NCBI GenBank assembly: GCA_951406725.2
Contig: OX597821.1
Span: 88,846,001 to 88,910,000, forward strand
Direction of reading: 5' to 3'
Source of the DNA: Octopus vulgaris
Lineage: Eukaryota
DNA: 64,000 nucleotides
In this document: in pieces, positions 13,341-28,437 of the stretch
How positions within the stretch are numbered: position 1 is the stretch's first letter
How the letters are laid out: every line of letters begins with the position of its first letter
The notes under the pieces: model-generated
Database searches by the model: none
Told to the model about the DNA's origin: nothing
What the model saw: the letters and a program-made list of their open reading frames with translations, nothing else
Position numbers and translations under genes: made by a program

Positions 13341-13550
13341 GGGCGGCTTGGTGGCATTATCGTTAGCACACCACACCGCGGCATTTCGTCCAACTTTACG
13401 TTGTGAATTCAAATACCGCTGAGGCTAGGCTGATTTTACCTATCATTCTTTCGGGGCCGATAAAATAAGTATCAGTTGAGCACCTGGGTCGTTGCTATTG
13501 ACTTAATCTTTTCCCATAAATTGCTTGCGAGTGCCAAATTTTCAGGCCAA
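13341..13550 (+). mobile_element. SINE family A, older diverged copy, head-to-head with the 12939 copy
   Basis: cattctttcggggccgataaaataagtatcag core plus tRNA-like head. Confidence 0.75.
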
Positions 13551-15410
13551 TATTAAAACAAAATATAAATGTATTAAAACCGACTTCAAATTCCTTAAAA
13601 TTCAAATTTATATTCTTGACTTCCTTCCATCCATGGATTGGAATATTCAGTAGCAGCCAATTGTTGCTGTTGTACTGTTCTTGTTAATAATAGCAATACA
13701 AATTTTAAGGCACCCTCTCAGCCATAATCGAACTTTTACATTGGTATACACTCTTTTCTATCCCTTGTATATTTAAGACATCTTGTTAAGCAGTAAGTCC
13801 TTACTTGTTAACAAGAAAGAAATGTGATGCTGTTACTAGTTAGCATGTTGGACTACCACTTCGCCAATACTTTGAGGGGAACAGTAGGGAAAATATTGCT
13901 TGAATGAGTAATGTCTTAAATTGACAGAAACCATAGTAGGTCTGTATAAGGCTAGACCACTTACTACATAGGGATGTCTCTTTAAATTGCGAGTTCAAAA
14001 CCAATCGGAGTCTCCTCTCTACTCAGCATTTCTTCCACTTGGGGGCCAAGAAAATAAACTACCAGTCAAATATTGATTCAAACACTAATTCCTGAGGGAA
14101 GTCAAGAGTCAATTAAATCCACACTAGATTCAAGAAATTGTCGTCTTATGTCAAAAACAAAATATTTTGGAGTATTCTAAAAAAAGAAAATGCAATATTA
14201 ATTTAAAGAAATATAAAACACTGGTTTCTGGAGATGAAGTTGAAATCTACCTTGAAGATATTTTCACGTAGAATATTTTCAACGTAAATAGAAACTCTAT
14301 TATATCTAATAGAGTAAATATTTGTGGTATAATATACATTCAGCTGCTGCTGAGTTCTAATGTAGTGAAAATGTCTCAATATCTAACCACTCGTTGATTA
14401 ATATTTATGCCTACTTTAGAAGAGCAGTAAAAGAAATTTCCCTTTTGAGAAATATATATATGTATGTGTGTACATATATTTACGCATATATAGACATACA
14501 TTCATTAGTAGATAAATATACACACATATGCGTGCGTGTGTGTGTGTGTGTATGTGTGTCTGTGTGTGTATGTAAATGCAGCAAATGAATATGTGTCTGT
14601 AAGCATATAATTTTGACTTTATATTATGATTTTTCACAACTTAAATGTACGGCTCTTTTACTGGTATTCAAATATGAAACAAGTAGTCTCACATACATAA
14701 GTACACACTCGCACACACGCACACATAAACGTACATGTATGTATATGTGCGTGCATGTCATTTTCTGAAGTGTTGTATTTACATTTCTGCTTGTTTTAAT
14801 GCAGGCTTATGTACCTGTTACAAGATAAATATTTTACATGTTGCCACTCTTCCATTAAGGGCTTTCAATGGTAATTTCTCAATAAAATCTGGCAACTTCG
14901 TGTGGGCTAGATAAGGCTCCAATATTCACAGTTATAAATCTTAGTCCTGTTAAAATATTTGCAGATTTCTTAACACTTCAGTAAAACATCTTAATTATAT
15001 TTTGAACTTGCGTTCATTTCTAGACAAAAAATATTTCTTTTATTGTGTACAAATTTTGTCTACCATGTATCATCATATCTGCTCTGTTGTGCTAACATTT
15101 TACGGAGATCGTCTAATGAAAATTGCACCAATATTCACTCTCATCACGAGTTAATATTTCTTTATAATCGTTGTGACTTAAGATATTTTATTTTGCACAA
15201 CAGTCTCACTAGTGTTGCTTTCTGAAGCTTTTTCTTGTAAGTGCTTTGTAAAAACAGACCCTTTAATGTGGGAACTATTGCTAGTAAAGTTTGATGAAGT
15301 TACACCTAGAAAAACCAGTATACCAATGTCAGGCCTTCAAGCTCTGTTTTATCCTCGAAGGTTTCTAATGCCGTGCTACTTTTATTATAGTTGAAAATTG
15401 TAACACTATA

Positions 15411-15585
15411 GGAGTAGGAGTGGCTGTGTGGTAAGTAACTTGCATAACAACCACATGGTTCCGGGTTCAGTCCCACTGCGTGGCACCTTGGGCAAGTGTC
15501 TTCTACTATAGCCTCGGGCCGATCAAAGCCTTGTGAGTGGATTTAGTAGGCGGAAACTGAAAGAAGCCCGTCTTATATATGTATG

Positions 15586-15618
<33 letters not shown>

Positions 15619-15858
15619 GTGTGTGTGTGTCTGTGTGTGTGTGTCTGTGTGTGTATTTGTGTGTCTGTATTTGTCCCCCAACATCACTTGACAACCGATG
15701 CTGGTGTGTTTACGTCCCCGTAATTTAGTGGTCCAGCAAAAGAGACCGATAAAATAAGTACTAGGCTCACAAAGAATAAGTCCTGGGGTTGATTTGCTCG
15801 ACTAAAGGCGGTGCTCCAGCATGGCCACAGTCAAATGACTGAAACAAGTAAAAGAGAG
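15411..15858 (+). mobile_element. SINE family B, full length
   Basis: A box tggctgtgtgg, B box ggttcagtccc, internal (TA)/(TG) tract, tail ggtgctccagcatggcc.cagtcaaatgactgaaacaagtaaaagag. Confidence 0.92.
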
Positions 15859-16537
15859 TACTCGTGTAACGCAGCGAACATATTTCAGTCTCATTTATTC
15901 TTCCAACAATGCAAACCGTGTTAAACTCTGTTTCTCTCTCTAGACCTTTCTTTAGAATGTACTAATACTTTCCTATGGAACCTATTCGATTCTGCGGTCC
16001 CTTTCTTTTTATCTCCATGCAGACTGCTAACTGATTTCACCTTTATTTTTCCCCAGTTCTTCTCTTCTGACGATTGAGATTTACCTTGACATGATTTGCC
16101 TTCTGCCCGAAGTTCATTTCATATCCTTCATGCTTTCTCTCCTTTAATAACCACCATACTGTTTTTCTTAATTGCTTTCCCCAATTTTTGGAGAGAAATA
16201 AAGTTAGATATCTGTATTTCACAACAACTTCTACATAACCTCCCCAAGACAAACAATAATCTTTTTGTTGTTTTTCATCAACATATTGGTAATTTCTATT
16301 CTTTTCCCTTTGGCCGTTCAAGATATTGCTTAATAATTTTACAAAGGGAATATAAAGTAGTGTTTATTTGCTAATGTGGTGGTTTATTACTCTGCAGTAA
16401 ATATCTCCATCCCTGATATTTTTGATGAGTGAATATTAACATAGCAGGTTCCTTATCAATTATGATCTCTCTTCATTAAGAATACATTTCTGTTGTTCAT
16501 ATTTTGCGCTCTCTTAGTTCATCTTTTTTGCCGTGGC

Positions 16538-16877
16538 TGCTGTTGCTGTTGCTGTTGAGCGGAGCGGTTTTCGTCCCAGAGTGGGAGAAGTCCGAAACAT
16601 GGTCCTTTGCTATTCGTAAGACCCGCAGAAGAGAAAGCAGGTCAACCCCCGACACCTAGAGCATCAACGGATGGATGAATGCGCATCCAGGCTCAGTGGT
16701 TGCGTAGAAAGTCGGGGATAAGAAACAAGAAGAAAGAGTGAGAGGAAGTTGAAGCGAAAGAGTACAACAAGGGTCGCCACCCTTTTTACCGGATCCTTGT
16801 GGAGCTTTTAGGTGTTTTTGCTCGATAAACGCACACACGCCCGGTCTGGGAATCGAAACCGCGATCCTCCGACCGTG
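16538..16877 (-). mobile_element. SINE family C (head truncated) with an alternative tail ending in (CAACAG)n
   Basis: Shares B box and central domain with 18375-18755; the 3' portion is unrelated. Confidence 0.8.
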
Positions 16878-18207
16878 CCGTGGCTACTTATGGTAAGGGC
16901 TGCTAGATATAGTTGGTCATCCTTATTGCGATATAACATAGTACAGTAAGTCTCTGTTTCTTTCACATGCAGTGTCGGCATGTATATTCAAGAAATATGA
17001 TAATTTACAGTTATTCACCTTGTTTGCACTTTTGTGAATAAAATTACAATCATCAGTATTCTGCATTCAACAAATATTGTCGTAATTGTTTGGTCGTGAA
17101 ATTTTTTGTTTAATTCTGAGTGACGCCCATCCTTGTATAATCTCAATATATTCACACAGCCAACAGAGGGATTATTTTGCCCTTTTACAGCAATTATACA
17201 AATCAGCAGTAAAACCATAATTATAATTTCAAAACCTTCTGTGTTTTAGCTTCTATGCTTTTCAACTTTCTGTGCTTGTCAGAACAGAGAGTCAGTTAAA
17301 AACTGGGGTTGATTTAATCATATGTCCTTCGCTAAAAATATCTGGCCTTTTGCAAACGTTACAAATCAAAAACTAGACAACTAAATAAAAAATAGGCGTG
17401 GAGAGTAGAATCAGTACAGCGTTAGGAAAAAAAAAAACGTCATGCGTTCTATAATCACACCTCTTTATGCCGAGTGTTTCAATACCACCAGAGTCAATAT
17501 TACTTTTCTTTCATCCTCTTGGGTTTATGAAAATAAAATACTAGTCAAGTTCTCCGGTCGATTCAATCGACCATTTCATTCGCCATAATTTATGGCCTAA
17601 AGCCAAAGATGACCTGGGCGGGAGCTGACCTAACAACGTAAGTTCACAACGCTGGATACAACAAAGCATTTAGTAAAGCAATCAAATACCTCCTGCCACA
17701 CCACTGCATCTATTATAATAATGATAATCATCAATATAGATTAATTCCCGTTGATTATTAATGATATAGCAATTAATATTAACTAGTGTAAGAGCGGTTT
17801 AATTGCACCAGACATTCGTACTCGTCACTCGCAATATTATCTACATATCTAGTTGGAGGGGGTTTTCAAATATTTTTGTCATGATTAAAAGTCTGCGACA
17901 CTGTTCTTTGCAGTCCATCGCAGACTGGTGCCATCGAAGCGGTAGGTGTTCGACTTGAATTGGATAATGACAGCTGCTGGTAACAGATAAAGAAGGGACC
18001 AAAATACAGGTGACGAGAGAAAATAACCCGAGTATATCAGGTGAGACTAGCCACCACATCAGAAGCAGAGGCTGCGACGTTATAGATACAAAATGATATT
18101 AGAAGTATTATGGTAATGGGTTAGCGTGTGTTGAGGGTGATATAATAACCAAAAGTCGAACAGGTTTGGTGGTGTCTGGGATGTATACATCCCCACTCCA
18201 CACACAC

Positions 18208-18239
<32 letters not shown>

Positions 18240-18374
18240 ATGTGTGTGTGTTTTCTGTCTGTGGTTGCCGCTCTACTACCGCCTGACATATACATACATA
18301 CATATAAGATGTCATATTTCATTGCATGTGACAATTTAGAGTCATGGAAATCGAGGCTGTATATATTTACTATG

Positions 18375-18755
18375 GAAGCACTCCGTCGGTTACGACGACG
18401 AGTGTTCCGGTTGATCCGAATCAACGGAACAGCCTGCTTGTGAAATTAACGTGTAAGTGGCTGAGCACTCCACAGACACGTGTACCCTTAACGTAGTTCT
18501 CGGGGATATTCAGCGTGACACAGAGAGTGACAAGGCCGGCCCATTGAAATATAGGTACAACAGAAACAGGAAGTAAGAGTGAGAGAAAGTTGTGGTGAAA
18601 GAGTACAGCAGGGATCACCACCATCCCCTGCCGGAGCCTTGTGGAGCTTTAGGTGTTTTCGCTCAATAAACATTCACAACGCCCGGTCTTGGAATCGAAA
18701 CCGCGATCCTATGACCGCGAGTCCGCTGCCCTAACCACTGGGCCATTGCGCCTCC
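18375..18755 (-). mobile_element. SINE family C, full length
   Basis: A box TGGCCCAGTGG, B box GTTTCGATTCC; the 3' half is shared with the SINE at 56583. Confidence 0.9.
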
Positions 18756-19440
18756 ACGTATATTTATATATCCATTTGCTGAATGAATATGATTTGCAAT
18801 TTGTGTTTTAGCATCATGCAAGAAAATATCTTGGTTGTACTCAAAGTTTCCATTGCAGTAGATTGAACGGGTGAGGCTGGGATCTATATACAATCACTAG
18901 CTCACTTTAGAGCTTCTAGAGAGGGATGGTCAGAAAACCCAGTTCATATTATCAATGATGCTATGTTCGTGTGGGTAATACGATGAAGCAGAGTATGATA
19001 CTGGCATTGAAATTAAGAGAAAGTTTAGGAGCTGGATCAAAGTTGAGAGTGCAGTTCTTAAATGAAACTTTTAACGATCGTGATATAAAAACAAATCTCC
19101 ATAAATGTGGCATCACCATTAAAATTCAACTAAATCCATTAGGACTCGTAGGGAAACTTACATTATTATGACATTTAAGAAATGAAATATAACACGGCAT
19201 TAAGATAAAAAGCATTTACGGATCAAAATGACATTCATAGCTTTTTTAGATATTCTCATGTTACCAATGTTCCTCCTAAAACCTAAATATAACTGTAACA
19301 TTTGCATTCTGGTAGCTGCCTGACGGTCTTTTAAGTGACGAGCCCTTCATAGGTAAATAATCTTTAATGCATATGTAGTACGATCCCAGACCAGAATATG
19401 TTAATACACACCTAAGTTAAAATGATATAAAAATATACAT

Positions 19441-19519
<79 letters not shown>

Positions 19520-20224
19520 TACATACATATACTTTGATATATATATATATTTACATATATGTGTTTATGTGTATGTATGTACGTATGTGTTCGTGCGTGT
19601 ACGTGTATCAGTGTGTTGTGTAGTTATATCGTATAGATATTCTGTAGTAACTGATTTTCTGTTGCTATATTGATAAATATTTGCAAGTATTTCATAAAAT
19701 AATAGGCATCCATGTTGCATTGAATTAACAGATTTCAGGCAAAACTACATCCCTCAATTGTCTAATCTAATAGCTTGTGAGCATGTAAATTATTTTCGAA
19801 AACGGTAGCTGTTTATGGTTGTGTTCTAAGGATTGTATTTCTATGAGAAGATGTTAAAATTATTTGGAAATGAATGGAGGTGTATTTATTTTCTGGTGTA
19901 CATCTTAAATAACTCACAATGTGACAATCACTTTATTGCAAAGAAAAAAACATTTAGTAGAATAAGAATGCATTTTCCATATGGTCCGAATACTTATTCT
20001 GTGTAATAGAAAGACGCAATATTTATAGTCATAAAAAACATTAAGGGCGTAATAATATACATTTGTAAGATTACATTTGAAGTAGGTTAATATGCTATAG
20101 TGTATATTAATTCGATCAGCTGCGCATTTCAGCAGGATTTAAACACGGACCCTCAAGAGCTGAAAGATATGTGGGGTATGTATCATTTTCCTTTCCCGCG
20201 TTGTAACAATTTTGCCGGCTTTTA

Positions 20225-20415
20225 ATAAGGCTTTCTACTTTAGGCAGCAGACCTGGAATTTTGGAGGAGAGCAAGTCTAGTCGATTAAATCGACCTCAGT
20301 GCTCAACTGGTAATTATTTTATCGACTCCGGAATTCAATCTCAGAAAATAAGGATGGCCGCAATGCTGCTAAGTATCTTATTTGACGCGTTAACGGTTCT
20401 ACTAGCTCGCCACAT
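20225..20415 (-). mobile_element. Old SINE family A copy
   Basis: gtcgattaaatcgacctcagtgctcaactggta.tta.tttatcgac core. Confidence 0.65.
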
Positions 20416-20696
20416 TCACCGCCTTTAATATTGGCTCCGAATTTTGACACAAAACCAGAAGTTTTAGTTGATATCATCGCTCCTAGTAATTGGCTTGTAT
20501 TTAATGTTATCTATCCCAGGGAAATGGGAAACAAAGTTGAACTCAGTTGAACTTGAATCGAAAATGTATTATACCGAAATCATTCTTTTCGGTTCTCTGA
20601 CAACTGTGCGAACTCGCTTCGTTTTTAACAATCATCATAAAAATGGTTTCTGATGCTAGAAACCATTTTCTGATGATAAGCACAAGGCTAGCAATA

Positions 20697-21852
20697 TTGC
20701 TATCATTCCCAGGGCACCTATGACAACAGGCATTGTTTTAGTTTTCATGTTCCACATTTTGCTGATTTCTATTTCAAGATCTTTATATTTGCTCAGTTTT
20801 TGGTAGGTCTTGACACGTTTATATCGATTGGGACAGTCGTATCAGTGAGGAGGCATGTTCTTTGTCTGAAGTCTTTCAATATGATGTCTGGCCTATTTGC
20901 ATCTATCTTTCTGTCAGTTTGAATGGTGAAGTTCTAGAGCAGTGAGATGTGGTCATTTTCAAGCACTGGAGGTGGTTTGTGTTCCCACCAGTTTTTTTCA
21001 TGGGGCGAATCCAGGTTTTTTCAGATTACCCAGCGAATATATTGTGCAGCTCTATCATGCCTGTTGAGATACTCTGTAGGCGCTAGAAGACTGCACTTGG
21101 AGACAGCATGATCAATGGTTTCATTTTGTTGTTGACATACACGACATGTTGGGCTACTGCCGTTCTTTTATATGTTGGCCTAGTAGTTTCTTGTTGGTAG
21201 GCATTGATCTTGAGCTGCTATGATAAACCCTTCTGTTTCAGATTTTAAGCCAGAGGCCATTAGCTATTGATGGGTCAGGGCTTTGTCAACATCTGCATTA
21301 TTCGCTCTCTTTGGGTATTTGCCATACAGAGTTTTTTCTTGCCATTTATCATTCAGAATATCTAAGGCTGCAGTTTTAGCACGGGTTTTCATGCGCTTAG
21401 CTTTTTCTGTGCTTGTTTCTTGTATGTCTACTTCCGAAATTTGTTGTATTCGGAATTCGCTTAGATATTCCTTTGCCTGTTTTGTTACTGAGTATGATGC
21501 TTTCTTGATTTCATGTTTTGAGACAGGTTTTAACATCCAATCCTCAGAGTTTTTCAGGTAGGTGTCTAGGCCAATTGTAGCAATCTTCATTGTTATTGCC
21601 AGTTGTAAAAGTCCACGTCCTCCCTCTTTTCTTGGCAGATAAAGTCGTTCTGTATCTGCCTTAGGGTGGTGCATTCTATACATTGTGAACAGTTTTCGTA
21701 TTTTTCTGTCAAGATTACATATTTCAGTAATTGACCAGTTAACGATATTGAAACTGTAAGTCACAACTGATATGGCTAAAGCATTGTTCGCTTCGCACCT
21801 GTTTCTCGCATTCAGCTCTGTCTTGAGTATTGCTCTTACTCTGCGGTAACAT

Positions 21853-21855
<3 letters not shown>
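20697..21855 (-). mobile_element. Second R4/Dong-like LINE fragment, 5'- and 3'-truncated
   Basis: ORF 21264-21764 (MHHPKADTERLYLPRKEGGRGL...KYPKRANNADVDK) and the downstream CCHC/REL region are colinear with 4682-5885. Confidence 0.92.
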
Positions 21856-22055
<200 letters not shown>

Positions 22056-22553
22056 TATCACAGCATTTAAGGAAAATGTTTGATTGAATTTCAATCTTTC
22101 AGTTAGTATAGACAATATTCTCTAAAATGAATTCCGTTTCTTTTTAAAATTTTATTTAATTTATCTTTTTATATTTTATATTCTGTTTAATCTAATGGAT
22201 TTCCTCAAAACTATGGTTGATATGTACATTTATAATGAACTGAACCCCATTTTGTTTTTCTCCCGTTACTCTTCTTTCTTCACCTTTTCTCACAATGTTT
22301 CCTCTTAATGCTACTCTTTATTTCAGATTCAAATTGTCTAAGACAGGAAAGAAAGGAAGGACAACTGAGACGAGGGAAAATATTTCTATAGCATTCAATT
22401 CATTTTCTTATACCATCTTCTATTGTAATACCCTATAATTTAGAGATTTATATGAATTGCAAATGAATTCCTCGACACAAAAACATCATTTAGTACAAAA
22501 TCCTACAAATATAAATACACTGACTCACACTAACATTCACAAATTCATACATT

Positions 22554-22666
<113 letters not shown>

Positions 22667-23541
22667 ACACATATATTTACATACATATATATATGTAAAG
22701 ATATATATATACATACATATATGTATATGCATATATATATACATATCTATCTATATATATATATATATATATAGTTACACATACACACACATGCATATTT
22801 ATAAAGATATATACATGAACACTCACAAAATATATATGTACGTAACGTGTTCCTATAAACATATACATACATAAGCACACTCGCACATACACTCATAAGC
22901 GTATAGAGGTAATTACATATTCATAGTTGACATACAATATAGCACATACGCAAAAGGTATATGTATGTGTATATGTGTATATAATAAGGAACAAGCGCAT
23001 ATGTATGTGTGTGATAGAGACAGAGAGAGAGACACACACACATACACACTGCCAGAAGTAGGCACAGAGTGTGAAAGGACAGCTTAGGAGACAAAAAATA
23101 AAGGTATAAAAGGATAGTTACATATTTATATTCCGAAGCATAAGTATGTGCGTGTTTGCGCTTGTGTAAGTATTTTAATGTGTTCAATAATGTACAACGG
23201 CCTACCGACCGCCAACTGTTACCACCCCACGCATACTTACAGTTATGCATAGTTATAACGTGAACAAATCACTCCACTTACATTCACTACTTGACTAAAG
23301 TAATTTTGAATTTCTTGATAAATCTGATATTTCTCTATTGTGATATATAATATACGACAGCAGTAATAAATATGCTGCTGTCTCCAAAATTGTTGCTGTT
23401 ATTGACTCCATAAGCAGAAGTATGTAGTAACTCTTAGAAATGCAAGAAATAGTAGTCAAATGTACGTTATGCTGCAGTCTGCTGTCTTCAAAATATGAAG
23501 GCGACAGCAGATATTGTTGTTCTCCAGGAATTAAGCACAAA

Positions 23542-23775
23542 GGCGGCGAGCTGGCAGAAACGTTAGCACACCGGGCGAAATGCTTAGCGGTATTTCGTCT
23601 GCCGTTACGTTGTGATTTCAAATTCCGCCGAGGTCGACTTTGCCTTTCATCCTTTCGGGGTCGATAAATTAAGTACCAGTTACGCACTGGGGTCGATGTA
23701 ATCGACTTAATACCTATGTCTGTCCTTGTTTGTCCCCTCTGTGTTTAGCCCCTTGTGGGTAATAAAGAAATAGGT
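23542..23775 (+). mobile_element. SINE family A, full-length young copy with TSD
   Basis: TSD attaagcacaaa at 23530-23541 and 23776-23787. Confidence 0.93.
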
Positions 23776-24078
23776 ATTAAGCACAAATGTGTTTTGTATC
23801 ATAGGACATCTCAATAAGACATTACATAGGGATGAATACCAATAGAAAATATACAAATGCGTATCAGTTAGGAAGTATTTATGGTGACACTTCATCTGCT
23901 GGAGTTCACTATCAAATCTCTGACCGTTTACATCATGTCGTCCTGTATAAGATAAAATAGGGAGGAAAACATAATAAAAGACAGTGTATTCATGGTTCAA
24001 ATACCTTACTATGGTCAGTCCGACCCATAACTAATGCCAAGAAATATTTGTAAGGACTTACTGCCCTACCCACACATA

Positions 24079-24290
24079 TACGAGAGGGGTGATGAGAAGT
24101 TTTCTTTCGGTAAAAGAAAACACATGAGTATCAGTTAATTTTATTCAATATATTCACCTCTCAGATTCTCACACTTATTTCAGTGGTCATTCAGTTTTTC
24201 GAAGCTCTGCAAAAGAACTTTGAATGTTTTGCCTCTAAACAGGCCTTTCGTGATAACCTTAAAGCCAGGAATTTTTCAGCACCCTTTCTA
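24079..24290 (-). mobile_element. Mariner-derived MITE (~210 bp), copy 1
   Basis: Degenerate TIRs (tacgag.gggtg.tga.aagtt / aggaatttttcagcaccc); homologous to 25813 and 30946. Confidence 0.75.
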
Positions 24291-25449
24291 ATTGCAATAT
24301 GTCCGTCAATTTCTCCATATTTTGAATTGCTTTGACTGGGAGAGGTTTACATAAGGGACGCATTTCATAGTATATATTATGGAAACCTGTAACGTATGTA
24401 TTAAATAATTTCAAAATTTCATTATTATTCCTAAGTATTCGACTCGGTGCCAGTACAAACGAGCCAGCAAAGACTCCACTTATGTGGATATTCTAAGAAC
24501 GATTTGGAGTAGTTTCTTGTATTTGACACTTATGGTAGCATTCACCGCTTTTTAATGTAACACAATGTGTATGTGTGCGTGTGTGGAGTGGCGAACGAGC
24601 GCATGTGCATGTGTGTTTATGTGTATACATGACTTCCAGTTCCGTGCTAAGTTGATACCCTAACTTCATCAGTTAAGCAGTGTTAACCTGAATGTATAAC
24701 GCTCCCTTCTAGATGATCTATATCTAGATCATAAGCTTTATACGTAAACTGGAATTATGAACATCGGTACCTAATATGTTCGGCATTGTTCAATATTTTA
24801 CATCCTTACAATATTCAAATTATAAAATGTATATCAGAAAAATCTTTAAAAGCGAATTTAATTCAGGCCTAATGAAAGCTTTGTGTAAGCTCTTTTCATT
24901 CAGCTTTTCTAAGGCATCTTCAAACACACACGTTATTACGTGTGTGAATGAAAGCTAAAACAAGTAAAACGCCTATCCAAAATCCACTTCCTACAATTCT
25001 GTGTTAATCTGAATTTTTGATATCTTTCTTGTGTAATACTTGGTAATTTTCTATCGAAAGACAAACCCAGAAATGCAATTTAGCCAGAATATATTTTCCT
25101 ACTACCAGTAAATATAGCGTATTTCCATATGTTTTATTATCTGTGAAGCACAATACGAAGTTTCATGCTAAATTTACTGTATGAAGAGTAGTTTCTGTGA
25201 GTGATATGCCGTGCTCTTGGGTCACATTTTCAAATTGTCGAGTCTCCAAAATGATATGAGATGAAGAGGTAGGATTAATTTTGTTTCTAATGAATATTTA
25301 TCGTGTAATTATGTGAAAGAGTGATATGGGCTCAACGAATAAAGGGTGGTTTCACTTTCACCGCTGCAATGATGGCCGGCAGCAGTAGCCTATTACTCTA
25401 CATATTCTATTATACAAAGAAGCATCTGATGAATAACGACTAAGAGGGA

Positions 25450-25481
25450 TCGGTTCAACAAACACAGACACACAAACATTT

Positions 25482-25579
<98 letters not shown>

Positions 25580-25754
25580 ATATACATATATACCACGGGC
25601 TTCTTTCAGTTTCCGTCTACCAATCCACTCACAAGGATTTGGTTAGCCCGAAGCTATAGTAGAAGACACTTGCCCAAGGTACCACGCAGTGGGACTCAAC
25701 CCAGAACCATGTGGTTGGTAAGCAAGCTACTTACCAGGCAGCCACTTCTGCGCC
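25450..25754 (-). mobile_element. SINE family B, 3'-truncated, with an expanded internal (TA)n
   Basis: Head and CORE-like region at 25595-25754. Confidence 0.85.
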
Positions 25755-25812
25755 TACACAATAAAATATTGTTATGATGGATCGTTGCAGATGTGCAGTT
25801 CTAATTATGTCA

Positions 25813-26027
25813 ACGAGGGAGTGTTAGCAATTTCATGGCTTTGGGTAAAAAAGAAAAAAATACTCGAGCATCAGTTAATATTACTCAACATATTCCCCTC
25901 TCAGATGCACACACTTATCGCAGCGGTTCTTCAGTTTTGCTACGCCCTGTAAAAAAACTCAGATGGTTGGGCTACCAACCAGGTCTTTTGCGACACCCTT
26001 AAAGCCAGGAAGTTTTCAGCACCTCTG
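25813..26027 (-). mobile_element. Mariner-derived MITE, copy 2
   Basis: Colinear with 24079-24290; ends ccttaaagccaggaagttttcagcacc. Confidence 0.75.
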
Positions 26028-26967
26028 TTTGTTGCTCTAACACCACGATATTGAAAAGATGCCTTTGGCGGAGTTCACTTTCATACAAATATTCATACAA
26101 TATCTTTTCTCATTCACCGAGCCACATTTTAAAAACTGATAGTGACTGAAAAATATACGGATTTTAGTCATGTCTATCTCAATACTAGCGATGGTCTTGT
26201 ACAGATAATGAGAATAGTTGAAGCTAATCAGGTCATATAAAACGAATAATACTGATTTAAAAATAAATGAACGCATAAAATTACAGCAACATCGCAGTCA
26301 GCTTTGGGAAAACTAGTGTAACGGAGCGTTATAATTACATTCACGTTTTGACACTAAATTATCTGTGGGTCGAAGAGCTACGATGTTTTACCGATTATAG
26401 TATTTATATATTGTATCTGATGAATATATTTTTTTATCGATGATAACTTTCAGACATATGAGAAATGTTTGATATTATGTGGGCTTTTGTCTTAGGGTAG
26501 GAATTAAAATTAATTATTTCACTATCCTTTCAAAAACAAATGAAATGGGTAAAATTATGTAGAAGCACAGACACGCATACGTGTGCCAACACATGCAAAC
26601 ATACTCAATTATATATTACGACTGCCTGCAGAGCATGTAGATACACATAATTTTATATGATATGAAAGTGGATGTTTTTTTTTTCAGAATATAATTTTAG
26701 CATATTTAGTACACATCAGTAATGGTCTTTATGGAATACATTATGGCGGATTGTGTATGTGAATGCCTCTCTGTGTATATTCATAGATGTATTCCAGGAT
26801 TTATATTAGCAGCTTTAATAAACACAATGACATATACATTGATTTGGGCTCACACACACACACACGCACATGCACGCGCACACGCACACGTATGCGCAAA
26901 CAAACACACACACGCTCGCGCACATAGTTATATATGAGTGTTGAGAGTTGATATATATATTTACGCT

Positions 26968-27028
<61 letters not shown>

Positions 27029-28023
27029 GTATGTATGCGTGTTACTCATGCGTTTCAATTTTTGCATACACACACACACTCACACGTTCGCAATAACGCA
27101 AACCAATATACAAATATACACATATGCCCATGTGTGCGTCTATGATTTATTTAGATTATTATTATTATTATTATTATATTTCTTCCCCCCTTCCCCACGA
27201 AATCATCGTCAGTAACATCCGCACACCACCGCATATATATGGAATCAAGATTTGCGGACTCATATTTGCAGCTGATTAAAAATCTGGAATCAGATTGAAG
27301 CCCTAACCTTTGTATTTTAGCAGTCGATATTTCTATGAATATTCTTGACTTCTGAACTGGCAAACACTAGAAGTTATTTTGGCCTCTTCGCATAGACGTC
27401 TCTGTGTGTGTGAGTACTCGCACACATTTATGTTTGCTTTCGTTTTTCTCTCTAATATTTTGTATTGTCGCTTTGTATAGATATTTCGCGGAAAGTGCTA
27501 TGTATTAAACGGAATGCGTACGTTAGTTACGTAAATACGTATACGAAATATACTATGATTATATGTCAAAGTGTTTTTGCGTGCTAAATATATTATGATT
27601 GTATATCAGTGTTTTTGTGTTCGTGTGCATGTGTTTTTGCGTTCGAATGTGTCTACTTATATGTATAAAAATATGTATGTGCTTCATTTATGTTTTTGCA
27701 TATACGTATACTTCGTTGCATGAGGTCTGTGTTGGAAGTATGTGTTTTGATTAAATATATGTTTGTAAATGTATACGTGTTTGTGCATATATTCAAGTGT
27801 TTGAGTTTCTCCTGTGAGAATATTGAACTACGTGTGTCATGAGTGTGCGCCTGTAAAAGTGACAGCGCGGGAGCATGCATATGGGTGCATCTTGATGAGA
27901 ATATATGTATATATTTATATGCATATATGTATATTTGTAAGTATACTTGTCTCTCTCTCTCTCACTCTCTCTCTCTCTATATATATATATTATATTAAAA
28001 ACTCGCCAAGAAAAATTTTGAAA

Positions 28024-28086
28024 CCACCTGATGAATGACTGCGACTCAAAAGTTTGATGACAGCAGACAGGAAACGATCGTAGTGG
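28024..28086 (+). ncRNA. Type I hammerhead ribozyme motif, core intact
   Basis: CCAC-CUGAUGA-AUGACUG...CAGACAG-GAAA-CGAUCG-UA-GUGG: 4-bp stem I, palindromic stem III ACGAUCGU, GUA site. Confidence 0.8.
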
Positions 28087-28437
28087 ATATTAATTATATT
28101 TTTTAATAATTGTTACATATTTAAATAATATAAACTAATTTATGTATTGGCTTAAGTCTTTCATTGTTTGATTTGCCTAATAGTGGTTTGGTCTCTAATT
28201 TAATATAATATAATATTTTACTATAAAATTGGATTCAATCCTAAATCTAATTTTTCCCTGTAAGTTTGGATTTATTCCCTAATATTTATTATATATATAT
28301 ATATATTATATTAAATTAGAGACAAAACCACTATTAGGCAAATCATAGAATAAAAAACTTAAGCCAATACATAAGATTATTTAATTTATATTATTTAAAT
28401 ATATAACAAAATTATTAAAAAAATATAATTAATATAT

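Noticed and set aside
15808-15856. SINE B tail hairpin agtc-aaat-gact followed by GAAAC AA GUA
   Set aside because: No CUGANGA precedes the hairpin in any copy; more likely a LINE-recognition stem-loop.
16043-16374. ORFs with a faint resemblance to a LINE ORF1 zinc-knuckle region
   Set aside because: The cysteines are absent and the similarity is too weak to call.
18680-18755. tRNA-like heads here and at 56583
   Set aside because: They have A and B boxes but no complete cloverleaf and run into SINE bodies; they are not tRNA genes.
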